Source: an uncultured delta proteobacterium
GTDB taxonomy: Bacteria; Myxococcota_A; Polyangia; Polyangiales; Houyiibacteriaceae
Direction: 5' to 3'
DNA: 64,000 nucleotides
Assembly (NCBI GenBank): GCA_963712235.1
Contig: CAVQHC010000017.1
Span: forward strand, 142,348-206,347
This document shows positions 8,193 through 17,498 of this stretch, in pieces. Numbering within the stretch: the first letter of the stretch is position 1; every line of letters starts with the position of its first letter. The notes beneath the pieces are model-generated. The model did not search any database. It worked only from the letters and a program-made list of their open reading frames with translations, and was not told the DNA's origin. A program made the translations under genes and the position numbers.

Positions 8193-8825
8193 ATGTTGAA
8201 TCGATTCGAAACACGGAGCCTTCTGGCTGCATTGGTCGTGCTGAGCTTGGGATCGGCATTGCCTGTCGTAGGTTGCAGCTCGAGTGGGGGCGGCGTGGGC
8301 AGCGCGTTGTCGCGCGTCTTCGGGCAGGCGTTTGCTCCTGAATCCGGGGGCGACCCGAACAACAGCGTTCCCCTTGCCGATGGGACGGTCGTTTTGCTTC
8401 ACTACGACGAAGACGGGAATCTTCAGAGCGCCGAGGTGGGCACGACCGACGCCGACGGCAACTTCGTCGTCGACGTTCAGGTGCAGGCGGTCGTCGCGGT
8501 CGTCGTCAACGGTACGACGAACGACGGCGCTGTCGATATCTCGGGGCTGTACAACCCGGACGGGATGACGATCGAAAAGGACCTCGATCCGGGGACCTCC
8601 ATCGCCTGTATTGCGGGCATCTCGGCAATCGGAGACGACTCGATTACCGAAGAGCAACTCGACGAAGCGCGCGTCCAAAACCTGGAGGACGCCGCCGCCG
8701 AGTATCTCGTCGCCAACCCTGACTTCGACTTCTACGACCAGCTAGATGTGGATGCGGCTGTGGCCGCGGTTCGCAGCGCGACCAAAGATGGCGCGAACCC
8801 CGCCGCTCCGGGGGCCTTCACGTGA
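8193..8825 (+). CDS. hypothetical lipoprotein (carboxypeptidase-regulatory-like beta-sandwich segment)
   Basis: Signal peptide with lipobox LPVVGC. The segment ADGTVVLLHYDEDGNLQSAEVGTTDADGNFVVDV resembles CarboxypepD_reg-type domains. Confidence 0.5.
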   Translation: MLNRFETRSLLAALVVLSLGSALPVVGCSSSGGGVGSALSRVFGQAFAPESGGDPNNSVPLADGTVVLLHYDEDGNLQSAEVGTTDADGNFVVDVQVQAVVAVVVNGTTNDGAVDISGLYNPDGMTIEKDLDPGTSIACIAGISAIGDDSITEEQLDEARVQNLEDAAAEYLVANPDFDFYDQLDVDAAVAAVRSATKDGANPAAPGAFT

Positions 8826-8836
8826 GCAGTGGCGTC

Positions 8837-9493
8837 CTAAAATAGGTAGGCGATGTTGACCTGCAGCTGCTGGTAGCTCGTTCTGTAGGACGTCTTCGTC
8901 GCGCTGTTGAGGCTGATCGAATAGTTGAAGTCGAAATTGAACATCGCCACGTCGAAGTTCACCCCAACGCGTCCAATCGCTTGGTAGATCGCGAAGTCTA
9001 CCTCCTTGGGTTTGAGCTTGATCGTGGTTTCTGGAATTCCCAAGGCTTCGTTGGATCCAAGCGTAGCGATGATCTTCGTATTGAAGTGGTTTACGAATCC
9101 TGCGTAGAGAAACAGTTTGAAGAGGGGGTTCTTGTACGGGATGTACCCCATGATCAGTGGCAACTCGAAGGAGTTCACCTGCGCTTGGAGACTGAGGACG
9201 TTGCCGTCGTCGTCAGCATCCTGCAGGCCGACCGCCCAGCGATTGAACGAGAACAGAATTTCGATGAATGCTTTGCGGCGTCGGACTCGCGCACCGAATC
9301 CGACCTGCCATCCTCCGAAAATCTCTTGTTCGCGACCCGTTTCGAGCAGGGAAACGTAGTTCGTGACGCTACCTCCGAAGAAGACCTTGATGTCCAGCTT
9401 CGGCTGCTGGGCACTGCTAGCAGAGGGCCATGCGAGAACCAGAACCGGAGCCAAGAAGAACAGTGCTATGAGCCAGCGCTTCGTCATGGTCAT
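8837..9493 (-). CDS. outer-membrane beta-barrel protein
   Basis: Signal peptide MTMTKRWLIALFFLAPVLVLAWPSASSAQ starts at the ATG at 9493; the ORF-track start 9586 is upstream. Shows an alternating amphipathic strand pattern and a C-terminal ...NIAYLF. GC is noticeably lower, about 47-55% in lines I counted. Confidence 0.6.
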   Translation of the reverse strand: MTMTKRWLIALFFLAPVLVLAWPSASSAQQPKLDIKVFFGGSVTNYVSLLETGREQEIFGGWQVGFGARVRRRKAFIEILFSFNRWAVGLQDADDDGNVLSLQAQVNSFELPLIMGYIPYKNPLFKLFLYAGFVNHFNTKIIATLGSNEALGIPETTIKLKPKEVDFAIYQAIGRVGVNFDVAMFNFDFNYSISLNSATKTSYRTSYQQLQVNIAYLF

Positions 9494-11110
9494 GCCGGAA
9501 AGAAGTATTCCTTGCCGTCCAGGACGAAACGCTTGTCCATGATGCGCGGCCAGAGCGGCTTCTTTCGGAGCTCGCTCTTCTGCCACTGCTCGTGCTCCTC
9601 ATGAAGCTTCTCGTAGAGCTCAGGCATCTGCTCTTTGAGATTGATCTGCTCGGACTTGTCGGTTTCGAGGTTGTAGAGCTCGGCCCAGCCGTCACGGGTG
9701 CTCAAGATGAGCTTGTACTTGCCATCGCGAATCGCCCAGATGTGATCGGCGCGCCAGAAGAGTTGCTCATGCGGAACCCCATCGGCCGTCCCCTGGAGGT
9801 ACGGCACCAGATTGACGCCGTCGTAGGGACGGTCGCTTGGAAGAACGCCGCCTGCAGCAGCGACCGAGGTGGCGAAAATATCGGTCGAAGAAACTGGGTT
9901 CTGATAGCGCATCCCAGCGGGGAATTTGCCCCTTCCACTTCATCATGAACGGGACGTTGATCCCGCCTTCGAACTGGGTGAGCTTTCCTCCCTTGAGCGG
10001 ACCGTTGTCCGTCGCGTGCGTGTACGACGCGCCGCCGTTGTCGCTCAGAAGGAAAATGAGCGTGTCGTCCTCGATGCCGGTGTCGATGATGGTCTGATGC
10101 ACTTCGCCGATCGCGTCGTCGAGGGCCGAGATCATCGAGTAGTAGACGCGCTTGTTGTCGTCTTCGACGTAGGCGTACTGGCAGTAGTAGTCGACGGGCG
10201 CTTGGAAAGGCACGTGCGGTGCGCTGAACGCCGCGTAGAGGAAGAACGGCTCGTCCTTGTGCTCCCGGATGAATGCCTTCATCCGGTCTCTGAATGCAAA
10301 GGTCAGGTACTGCTCTTCGCGAACCTCTTTCCCGTTCTCGAGGATCATCGCTTCTTCGCGGCGGCCCATGTTCCACTGGTGCTGCGCGCTAAACGAATCG
10401 TGCTCGTGATTGATGATGCCGGCCCAGTTTCGCTCGGGCGTGTACAGGGAAAAGGCACCGTTGAAACCGTACTGGTAGTCGAAGCCGCGCGCGAGGGGCA
10501 CCTGTTTGCGCGACACCCCCAGGTGCCACTTCCCGACGATTCCCGTCGAATAGCCATACTTCTTGAGAATGTTGGCGAGCGTGATCTCCGTCGGTGGAAC
10601 ACCCTGCTTGTGCGCCTGCCACTCCGCTGGAAACGATGGCTTGGCTTTGACCTTGAACTCGCCTGTGTCGACGATCCAGCGACCAGAGATGTACTCGACC
10701 CAGTTGGTCGGGTAGTGCTCCATGATCTGGGTTTCGAAGCCGTAGCGGTTCTGAACCCGGCCCGTCATGATGCCCGCACGTGACGGCGCGCAGGTCGGGG
10801 CGGTCACGTAGCCTTCCTGGAAGACCACACCCTCGGCGCCAATCCGATCGATGTTGGGCGTCGCGATGTGCTCTGCGCCGTAGGCCGAGACTTCGTACTT
10901 GCCCAGGTCATCGGCGAGCAAGATGACGATATTCGGCTGGCGCTTCGTCTTGGCGATCGCGATAGGAGCATCCATGTACGCCGATTTGCCCGAGCGCATG
11001 GGTTTGTCCTTTTTGATCCGCCACTTCGCCCGAGTGATGGAACAACTCACCAACAACAGGGCGAGGCCCACGAGGAGCGTCGACTCGAGTAATCGCTTCT
11101 TCCTGAACAT
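9490..11110 (-). CDS. arylsulfatase-family lipoprotein, split by a 1-nt frameshift in a homopolymer (9919-9922)
   Basis: MFRKKRLLESTLLVGLALLLVSC signal starts at the ATG at 11110. Contains LLADDLG and the formylglycine motif CAPSRAGIMTGR. ...GGINVPFMMKWKGQIP (ORF 9767..) continues as AGMRYQNPVSSTDIFATSVAAAGG... (ORF 9490..9912) if one C of the coding-strand CCCC is removed. Confidence 0.85.
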
Positions 11111-11172
11111 CCCGGCTCGGGGCAAGTGGTACCGGCTAGGCCCTGTGCCTGGCAAAAAAGACGCACCCGCAG

Positions 11173-11285
11173 GCGGCAGCGCGGGCCCGAAGGGCGAAGC
11201 CCGTCGCGAACGCGCCGGCAAGGCGAAACGCAGCGAACGCCGCGCCAGGGAGGATTACGGGTGGGCGTGGGCGGGCGGTGTAACC
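11173..11285. repeat. partial R-unit copy (inverted orientation)
   Basis: GCGGCAGCGCGGGCCCGAAGGGCGAAGCCCGTCGCGAACGCGCCGGCAAGGCGAAACGCAGCGAACGCCGCGCCAGGGAGGATTACGGGTGGGCGTGGGCGGGCGGTGTAACC is the reverse complement of the units at 5441-5550 and 5669-5778. Confidence 0.85.
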
Positions 11286-11295
11286 AAAACCGACT

Positions 11296-11385
11296 CTGGC
11301 ACTGGCACTGGCACTGGCACTGGCACTGGCGCTGGCACTGGCACTGGCACTGGCGCTGGCGCTGGCGCTGGCGCTGGCGCTGGCC
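11296..11385. repeat. hexanucleotide microsatellite (CTGGCR)x15
   Basis: Fifteen perfect 6-bp units, CTGGCA or CTGGCG, read directly from the sequence. Confidence 0.95.
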
Positions 11386-11622
11386 GATCAGCTCAAGAGA
11401 GCTGCACAGAGCGTGGTGCTAAACATCGCGGAGGCTCGAGGGAACGATGCGGGGAATGCGAGAGCGCGGTTCTCAACCGCTTGCGGTTCTGCAAAAGAAG
11501 TACGGGCCGCCCTAAACGTCGCAAGTGACTGGGGCTACATCGAGAGCCACACGGCAACTCACCTCGACGGGAAGCTCGACGAGGTGTGCGCCATCACATG
11601 GTGCTTGGGCAGAAAGCGCTAA
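11380..11622 (+). pseudogene. N-terminally truncated four-helix-bundle protein (23S rRNA IVS protein / Avd-like family)
   Basis: LADQLKRAAQSVVLNIAEARGNDAGNARARFSTACGSAKEVRAALNVASDWGYIE...LDEVCAITWCL matches helices 2-4 of the family. Helix 1 is missing. In frame, the upstream sequence is the microsatellite (ALALAL...) with no start codon. Confidence 0.55.
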
Positions 11623-11623
11623 C

Positions 11624-12095
11624 GGGGCGCGGAAAAAAGCGCGACACGGGGCTGCGTCGAACGGCTCGGCTTGCAAATGTGGTCGGTTGCACTTGGGAGC
11701 TTGGACCACGCAAGCCTCGCCTCGGCGCGCGCGCCAATCTGGGGTGGTTGCTGTCTTGCAGATTGGCACTTGCGACGTCGACTCCGCCCCATATCGCGCT
11801 TTTTTCCGCGCCCCTCCATACGGAGACAGGACCAACAACCTTCCCAAAAAGCAGGCGGCAGCGCGAGCCGGAACGGCGAAGCCCGGCGCCTTGGCGCCGG
11901 CAAGGCAGAGCGCAGCGAATGCCGCGCCAGGGAGGATTACGGGTGGGGGTGGGCGGGCGGTGTAACTAAACCGAACCACGCCACCCACCCAACACCCCAC
12001 CTCCAAACACCCGCGGCAGCACAAGCCGTACGGCGCCGCCCACCCCCCCCAAACACCCGCGGCAGCACAGGCCGCCCAACCACCCGCACCGCAAG
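11624..12095. repeat. GC-rich composite repeat array, inverted copy (191-bp hairpin module, R unit, tail)
   Basis: The hairpin module at 11624-11814 has 28-nt terminal inverted repeats: GGGGCGCGGAAAAAAGCGCGACACGGGG paired with CCCCATATCGCGCTTTTTTCCGCGCCCC. The R unit is at 11855-11966. The tail carries two copies of CAAACACCCGCGGCAGCACA. Confidence 0.85.
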
Positions 12096-12217
12096 AATCA
12101 CAGGTCTCGAGGCGCAAATGTTTCGCTTTCAGCGGGGGAAAGCACGGGTGTACATTCTTCCTTCGGCGCCCTGCTCCGCCACCCATCGGCGGCCAACCCG
12201 GCGCAGGAAGGAAAACC

Positions 12218-13969
12218 ATGACTCAGATGGTTGGAGGCGAGGCGCTGGCGCGGATGTTGGCGGCCGAAGGTGTCGAAGTCGTGTTCGGCATCGTCGACGG
12301 CACCTACATGGGCTTCTTTGCGAGCTTCGAAAAGCACGGCATCCGGATGGTGTCGCCGCGGCACGAAACGAGCGCGGCACACATGGCGGGCGCCTATGCC
12401 CGGCTGACCGGCAAGCTCGGCGTTTGTATGGCGTCAAACGGACCCGGCGTCGCGAACATTTTGCCGGGAGTGGCCGTCGAGAACGGCGAAGGCAACCGCG
12501 TGCTGCTCATCACGTCGAGCCGTCGCACACCGATCGCGTATCCCGATCGCGGAGGCACCTATCAGTACTTCAACCAGACCGGCGTCACGCGCGCGATGAC
12601 CAAGTGGAGTGGCGCGGTGCCATCGTTCGATCGCCTTCCCGAGTTCTTTCGACGCGCGGCTCGCATCAGTTGGGCCGGTCGGCCGGGCGTGGTTCACCTC
12701 GACGTCCCGGAAACCGTCATGAATGGCGTCTTCGAAGCGGACGGCATCGACCTTCGTTCTCCTCAGGCGTACCGGCGAACCGAGCCCGTCGAGCCTTCGG
12801 CGAGCCAGGTCGCACGCACCGCAGAGCTGCTTCGAAACGCGGAGCGGCCGCATATCCATGCCGGAAGCGGAGTCCTGCATGCTCACGCGTCCGACGCGCT
12901 CGAACGAGTGAGCGAAGCCATCGGCGCTCCTGTCACGACGAGCTGGGCCGGACGCGGCGCCCTGCCGGACAATCACGAGCAATTGCTTCCGATTTGGGCC
13001 ATGGAGCCGATCAACCAGGCCCGCAGCGAAGCTGACGTCGTCCTGGTCGTCGGCTCGCGCCTCGGCGAGACCGACTGGTGGGGCAAACCTCCCTACTGGG
13101 GGAAACCAGACGAGCAGAAGTTGATCCAGGTCGACATCGACGAAGAGATTCTCGGGCTCAACAAGGCTACCGAGCTCGCGATCGTCGGCGACGCCAGCAC
13201 GTTTCTGCCCGCGCTCGGTGCGGAGCTCGAGCGGTCGCCGCTCAGCGGCACGCGACTACAGGCGAACCGCGAACGTACGGCTGGCCTCGCAGAAGCCGTG
13301 GGCAAAGTCCGGAGTCAGCTCGATATGGCGCTTCAGAACACCGCAAGCCCCATGCACAGCGCCCAGGTGCCCGCCGCCTGCCAGCGCTTCTTCGATGACG
13401 ACACGGTTCACGTCTTCGACGGAGGCAACGCCACGGTCTGGGCGAGCTTTTTTTCGGAGATCAATCGACCGGACACGCTTCTGTCGACGTTCAAGTTTGG
13501 TATGTTGGGCGCTGGCGTTTCGCAGGCGCTCGCCGGGCAGATCGCAAAGCCGGATTCGAAAGTCGTCTGCATCATCGGCGATGGCGCGATGGGCTTCCAT
13601 TTCCAAGAGCTCGAGACCGCGCTACGCAACAGTCTGCCCGTGATCTATCTCGTCCTTTGCGACAAGCAGTGGGGCATGGTGAAGCTCACGCAGTCGATTG
13701 CGCTTGGGATGCTGCGCCCCGCCATTGGAACCGATCAGCAGGGCACAATCAACGCCGATTTCAAAGAGATCGAGTTCGACAAGGTTGCCGAAGCGATGGG
13801 TTGCCACGGTGAGCGGGTCGCCGATCCGTCCGAGCTCGAAGCGGCGCTCCAACGCTGTGTCGATTCGGGCAAGCCGTCGGTCATTCACGTCGACGTCGAC
13901 CCCAACATGCACCTGTTCGCGCCGGGGCTTCAGGAGTTCAAGGCGATGCACCAGGAGCCCGGCGCCTGA
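12218..13969 (+). CDS. thiamine-pyrophosphate-dependent enzyme (acetolactate-synthase-like family)
   Basis: N-terminal TPP pyrimidine-binding region (GVEVVFGIVDG...HETSAAHMAGAYARLTG...ASNGPGVANILPGV). C-terminal GDGAMGF...N motif (IIGDGAMGFHFQELETALRNSLPVIYLVLCDKQWG). AGGAAGGA RBS precedes the ATG. Confidence 0.85.
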   Translation: MTQMVGGEALARMLAAEGVEVVFGIVDGTYMGFFASFEKHGIRMVSPRHETSAAHMAGAYARLTGKLGVCMASNGPGVANILPGVAVENGEGNRVLLITSSRRTPIAYPDRGGTYQYFNQTGVTRAMTKWSGAVPSFDRLPEFFRRAARISWAGRPGVVHLDVPETVMNGVFEADGIDLRSPQAYRRTEPVEPSASQVARTAELLRNAERPHIHAGSGVLHAHASDALERVSEAIGAPVTTSWAGRGALPDNHEQLLPIWAMEPINQARSEADVVLVVGSRLGETDWWGKPPYWGKPDEQKLIQVDIDEEILGLNKATELAIVGDASTFLPALGAELERSPLSGTRLQANRERTAGLAEAVGKVRSQLDMALQNTASPMHSAQVPAACQRFFDDDTVHVFDGGNATVWASFFSEINRPDTLLSTFKFGMLGAGVSQALAGQIAKPDSKVVCIIGDGAMGFHFQELETALRNSLPVIYLVLCDKQWGMVKLTQSIALGMLRPAIGTDQQGTINADFKEIEFDKVAEAMGCHGERVADPSELEAALQRCVDSGKPSVIHVDVDPNMHLFAPGLQEFKAMHQEPGA

Positions 13970-14943
13970 TGGGCGCAGGCCCCGCGGTCCTGGTGACCGG
14001 GGCGGCTGGCTATGTCGGTCGCCTCTGCGTCGAGGCCCTCGCGAAGCGTCAAAGCGAGCTTTCGGCGCTGGTCGCGCTCGATTGGACAGAGGTCGAGCCA
14101 GCGGAACGCCTTACAGGTGTCGTCTACGAGCAGGGCGACATCTGCGATCCAGCGCTTGGGGAGCTTTTTCGCAAGCACGGAATCAACACCGTCGTCCACC
14201 TCGCTTCGATCGTTCGTGCACCCAAGGGTGCGCCCGAGGACTTGGCGTACCGGGTCGACGTCCTCGGCACGCAAAACATCCTCGAGGCCTGCGAGGCGGC
14301 CCAGGCGACGAGGCTGATCGTCACCTCGAGCGGCGCGGCATATGGATATCATCGGGACAATCCCGATTGGTTGGACGAAAACGATCCCCTGCGGGGCAAC
14401 GACGAGTTCGAATACTCGAAGCACAAGCGGATTGTCGAAGACATGTTGGCGCGCTGGCGCGAAGAACGTCCCGAGCTACGGCAGATCGTATTCCGGCCCG
14501 GCACCGTCGTGGGCCCCGACGTGCACAGTCCGGTCACCGATCTGTTCGAGAAGCCTGTTATTCTAGGCATCGTGGGCTCGGATTCTCCATTCGTCTTCAT
14601 CTGGGACCAAGACTTGGTCGCCTGCCTTGTCGATGCAGTCTTCTCCGACAAGGTCGGTGTCTACAACCAGGCCGGCGACGGCGCGCTTACGCCCCGCGAG
14701 ATTGCAAAGATGCTCAGAAAGCCGTACCTGCCGTTGCCGGCATCGCTCGTGAAGGCGATTCTCTGGGCGCTCAAGGGCGTTGGCTTGACGGAGAACGGGC
14801 CGGAGCGCGTTAACTTCTTGCGGTATCGACCGGTGCTCTCGAACCGGCGACTCAAAGAGGAGTACGGCTACACCCCGAAGCTGAGTAGTCGCGAGGCGTT
14901 CGAGCTCTACGCCCGTGCACGAGGTCTTCTTGGCTCGGCGTGA
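13969..14943 (+). CDS. NAD-dependent epimerase/dehydratase family (extended SDR)
   Basis: VLVTGAAGYVGRLCVEAL Rossmann motif and YSKHK catalytic Y-x3-K. The start overlaps the upstream stop (TGATG). Confidence 0.8.
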   Translation: MGAGPAVLVTGAAGYVGRLCVEALAKRQSELSALVALDWTEVEPAERLTGVVYEQGDICDPALGELFRKHGINTVVHLASIVRAPKGAPEDLAYRVDVLGTQNILEACEAAQATRLIVTSSGAAYGYHRDNPDWLDENDPLRGNDEFEYSKHKRIVEDMLARWREERPELRQIVFRPGTVVGPDVHSPVTDLFEKPVILGIVGSDSPFVFIWDQDLVACLVDAVFSDKVGVYNQAGDGALTPREIAKMLRKPYLPLPASLVKAILWALKGVGLTENGPERVNFLRYRPVLSNRRLKEEYGYTPKLSSREAFELYARARGLLGSA

Positions 14944-15745
14944 TTTCCGAGGACGCACGGTCGTCATCACCGGAGGCGCGGGCGGAATCGGGCGCGCGCT
15001 TGCCCGAAGCTTTGGCGCTGCAGAGGCCAAAATCGCCATCGTCGACCTGTCCGAAAGCCCTTTGATCGAAACCCGTGAGGAGCTGGACGCACTCGGAATC
15101 GAAGCGGTCGTCCTTCCCTGCGACATCACCGACCCCGCCCAAGTGACCTCGACGATGACCACCGTCCGCGAAGCATTCGGAAGCATCGACGTCTTGATCA
15201 ACAACGCCGGCATCGTGCACCGAAGCGCGTTCGCCGAGACCCGGCCCGAAGTCTTTCGCCGCGTGATGGAAGTCAATCTCTTCGGTGCCATTCATTGCAC
15301 GCAGGCCTGCTTGAACGACCTGCTCGACAACCGTGGCTTGATCATCGCCGTGTCGAGCATCGCGGGGTTGGCGCCGCTCTATGGGCGCAGTGGATACGCA
15401 GCCTCGAAGCACGCCATGCATGGCCTATTCGAAAGCCTGGGCGCCGAGCTGGCCGACCGAGGCGTCGGTGTGCTGATGGTCTGCCCTTCGTTCGTCGAAA
15501 CCGGCCTGGAAGGATCGACGCTCGGGGGCGACGGCAAGCGCCTTTCGCGTCCGCGGTCCAAGGTGGGGAAGCTTGACAACGCGGACGATGTCGCTCGGGA
15601 CGTGTTGAAGGCGGCCGAGGCCGGGCGGAGGCGCCTGGTGCTGACCCCCGTCGGCAAGACCAGCGCGGTTCTCTCGCGCCTCGCCCCAGGGCTCTACGAG
15701 CGTCTGATGATTCGAAGCCTGCGCTCCGAGCTCGATGAAGGCTAA
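14915..15745 (+). CDS. short-chain dehydrogenase/reductase (classical SDR)
   Basis: Contains VVITGGAGGIGRALA, NNAG and YAASKHAMHG. The start is uncertain (GTG 14915 or TTG 14930). Confidence 0.85.
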   Translation: MHEVFLARRDFRGRTVVITGGAGGIGRALARSFGAAEAKIAIVDLSESPLIETREELDALGIEAVVLPCDITDPAQVTSTMTTVREAFGSIDVLINNAGIVHRSAFAETRPEVFRRVMEVNLFGAIHCTQACLNDLLDNRGLIIAVSSIAGLAPLYGRSGYAASKHAMHGLFESLGAELADRGVGVLMVCPSFVETGLEGSTLGGDGKRLSRPRSKVGKLDNADDVARDVLKAAEAGRRRLVLTPVGKTSAVLSRLAPGLYERLMIRSLRSELDEG

Positions 15746-15757
15746 ACGCGCCTTCGC

Positions 15758-16750
15758 TCAGCCCTTGGGTGCCGCCAAGCCCTTGACCGGATGCGCGCGA
15801 TACGGCGCTTCGAGCATCGCGACCTCCTCCGGGCTGAGCTCGATCTCGGCGGCGGCGATCGCATCATCGAGGTGCTTGAGCTTGGTCGCGCCCACGATCG
15901 GCGCGGTCACCGCTGGCTTCGAAAGGAGCCAGGCCAGGGCCACGCGAGCAGCAGGCTCGCCCCGTTCGGCCGCGACCTTCTTGACGGCGTCGACGACATC
16001 CCAGTCCGAGGGCTGATCGTACAGAATCTGATCGAGGCCGTCGCTCGAGGAGCGGCTGGTGGAGCTGTCCCCGAGCTTGCGGCGCGTCCCTGCCAGCATG
16101 CCGCGAGCAAGCGGCGACCAGGGGATGACCCCGATCCCTTCGTCCTCGCAAAGCGGCATCATCTCGCGCTCCTCTTCGCGGTAGACGAGGTTGTAGTGGT
16201 TTTGCATCGTGACGAAGCGCGCCCAGCCGTTGCGCTCGGACATCGACAGCAGTCGCTGAAACTGCCAGGCGTACATCGAGCTCGCGCCGATGTACCGAAC
16301 CTTGCCCTGCGTGACGAGCTGGTCGAGCGCAGCCAGCATCTCCTCCATGGGCGTGTGGGGATCCAGACGGTGAATTTGGTAGAGGTCGATGGTGTCGACG
16401 CCCAGACGGCGGAGGCTGCCCTCGCAGGCCTGCTGGATGTGCTTGCGTGAAAGGCCACCCATGTTGGGGCGGTCGTTCATCGGAAAAAAGACTTTCGTGC
16501 CAATGACGAGCTCATCGAGGTTGCCGTACTCACGAAGCCACTTCCCGGTCACTTCCTCGCCCACGCCGAGCGAGTACATGTCGGCGGTGTCGAAAAAATT
16601 GATGCCCGCTTCGATCGCGCGCTTGAAGAACGGCGCCGACGCCTTCGAGTCGTGGACCCACGGCCGCCAGTCCGGTGTCCCGTAGCTCATGCAGCCGAGA
16701 CAGATCCGCGAAACGGTCACACCCGTTCGACCAAGATGCGTGTACTTCAT
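15758..16750 (-). CDS. aldo/keto reductase
   Basis: MKYTHLGRTGVTVSRICLGCMSYG...INFFDTADMYS...IDLYQIHRLD...RYIGASS is typical of the AKR family. Confidence 0.9.
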   Translation of the reverse strand: MKYTHLGRTGVTVSRICLGCMSYGTPDWRPWVHDSKASAPFFKRAIEAGINFFDTADMYSLGVGEEVTGKWLREYGNLDELVIGTKVFFPMNDRPNMGGLSRKHIQQACEGSLRRLGVDTIDLYQIHRLDPHTPMEEMLAALDQLVTQGKVRYIGASSMYAWQFQRLLSMSERNGWARFVTMQNHYNLVYREEEREMMPLCEDEGIGVIPWSPLARGMLAGTRRKLGDSSTSRSSSDGLDQILYDQPSDWDVVDAVKKVAAERGEPAARVALAWLLSKPAVTAPIVGATKLKHLDDAIAAAEIELSPEEVAMLEAPYRAHPVKGLAAPKG

Positions 16751-16795
16751 CGGGCCGATAGTACCTCATCGGAACCGGCCGGCGCACCAGCCCGT

Positions 16796-17488
16796 TCAGC
16801 TCTTGCCGTACACCGGGACCAGAGCGCCGCGCGTGACGGAATTCTGCGGTGAGGCTAGGAACGCCACGGTTTCTGCGATTTCGGCGGGCTTGGGCCAGGC
16901 GCTGTGATCCGCGTCGGGCATCGCGGCGCGATTCGCCTTCGTGTCGATGATGCTGGGGACGATGGCGTTGACCCAGATCGAAGAGGCCGAGAGCTCCTCG
17001 GCGAGCGAAAGCGTCAGCGCCGAAACGGCGGCCTTCGAAGCCGAGTAGGCCGTCATTTGCCCGGTTGGAATGAGAGCCGGACGCGCCGCGACGTTGACGA
17101 TTCGCCCCTCACGCCCTTCCATCGCCCTGACCGCTTCGCGGCAAGAAAGGAAGCAGGTCGTCGCATTCATCCGCATCAAGTGATCCCAAACGTCGACGCC
17201 GGTGGAGCCGATCGGCCCCATGGCAAACCCGCCTGCAATGTGAATGCTCGCGTAGAGAGCGCGAGGTTCGGCGAAGAGACGAGCGACGTCCGCCTCGACG
17301 CTCATGTCCATCTTCTCGTGAAGCTTCACTGCCGGATCGGCGCGATGGGCAAAACTGTCGAGCTCGTTGGATGCGAAGACAGGGACGTGAACGGTTGCGC
17401 CAGCCGCGATGAGCCGCCCAACGACGGCGCTGCCGAGCGCACCGGTTCCGCCCGTGACGACCGCTTCGCGGCCCGAGAAATCCAGCAT
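16796..17488 (-). CDS. short-chain dehydrogenase/reductase
   Basis: Contains VVTGGTGALGSAVVGRL and YSASKAAVSALT. Confidence 0.85.
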   Translation of the reverse strand: MLDFSGREAVVTGGTGALGSAVVGRLIAAGATVHVPVFASNELDSFAHRADPAVKLHEKMDMSVEADVARLFAEPRALYASIHIAGGFAMGPIGSTGVDVWDHLMRMNATTCFLSCREAVRAMEGREGRIVNVAARPALIPTGQMTAYSASKAAVSALTLSLAEELSASSIWVNAIVPSIIDTKANRAAMPDADHSAWPKPAEIAETVAFLASPQNSVTRGALVPVYGKS

Positions 17489-17498
17489 GGGCTCGAGC

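Noticed and set aside
10899-11528. ORF encoding (GT)n/(GA)n, and ORF 11126..11422 encoding (HW)n/(RW)n, as possible repeat proteins.
   Set aside because: These are simply alternative-frame translations of the hexanucleotide microsatellite and antisense sulfatase sequence. They have no start-site context or domain.
11380-11622. Diversity-generating retroelement, suggested by the Avd-like four-helix-bundle fragment.
   Set aside because: There is no reverse transcriptase, template/variable repeat pair or target gene anywhere in the window. The fragment is truncated and embedded in repeat DNA.
13698-14813. ORF 13698..14813 (+, 371 aa).
   Set aside because: It is an alternative frame overlapping the TPP enzyme and epimerase genes. 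It is Arg/Pro/Ser-rich with no domain signature.
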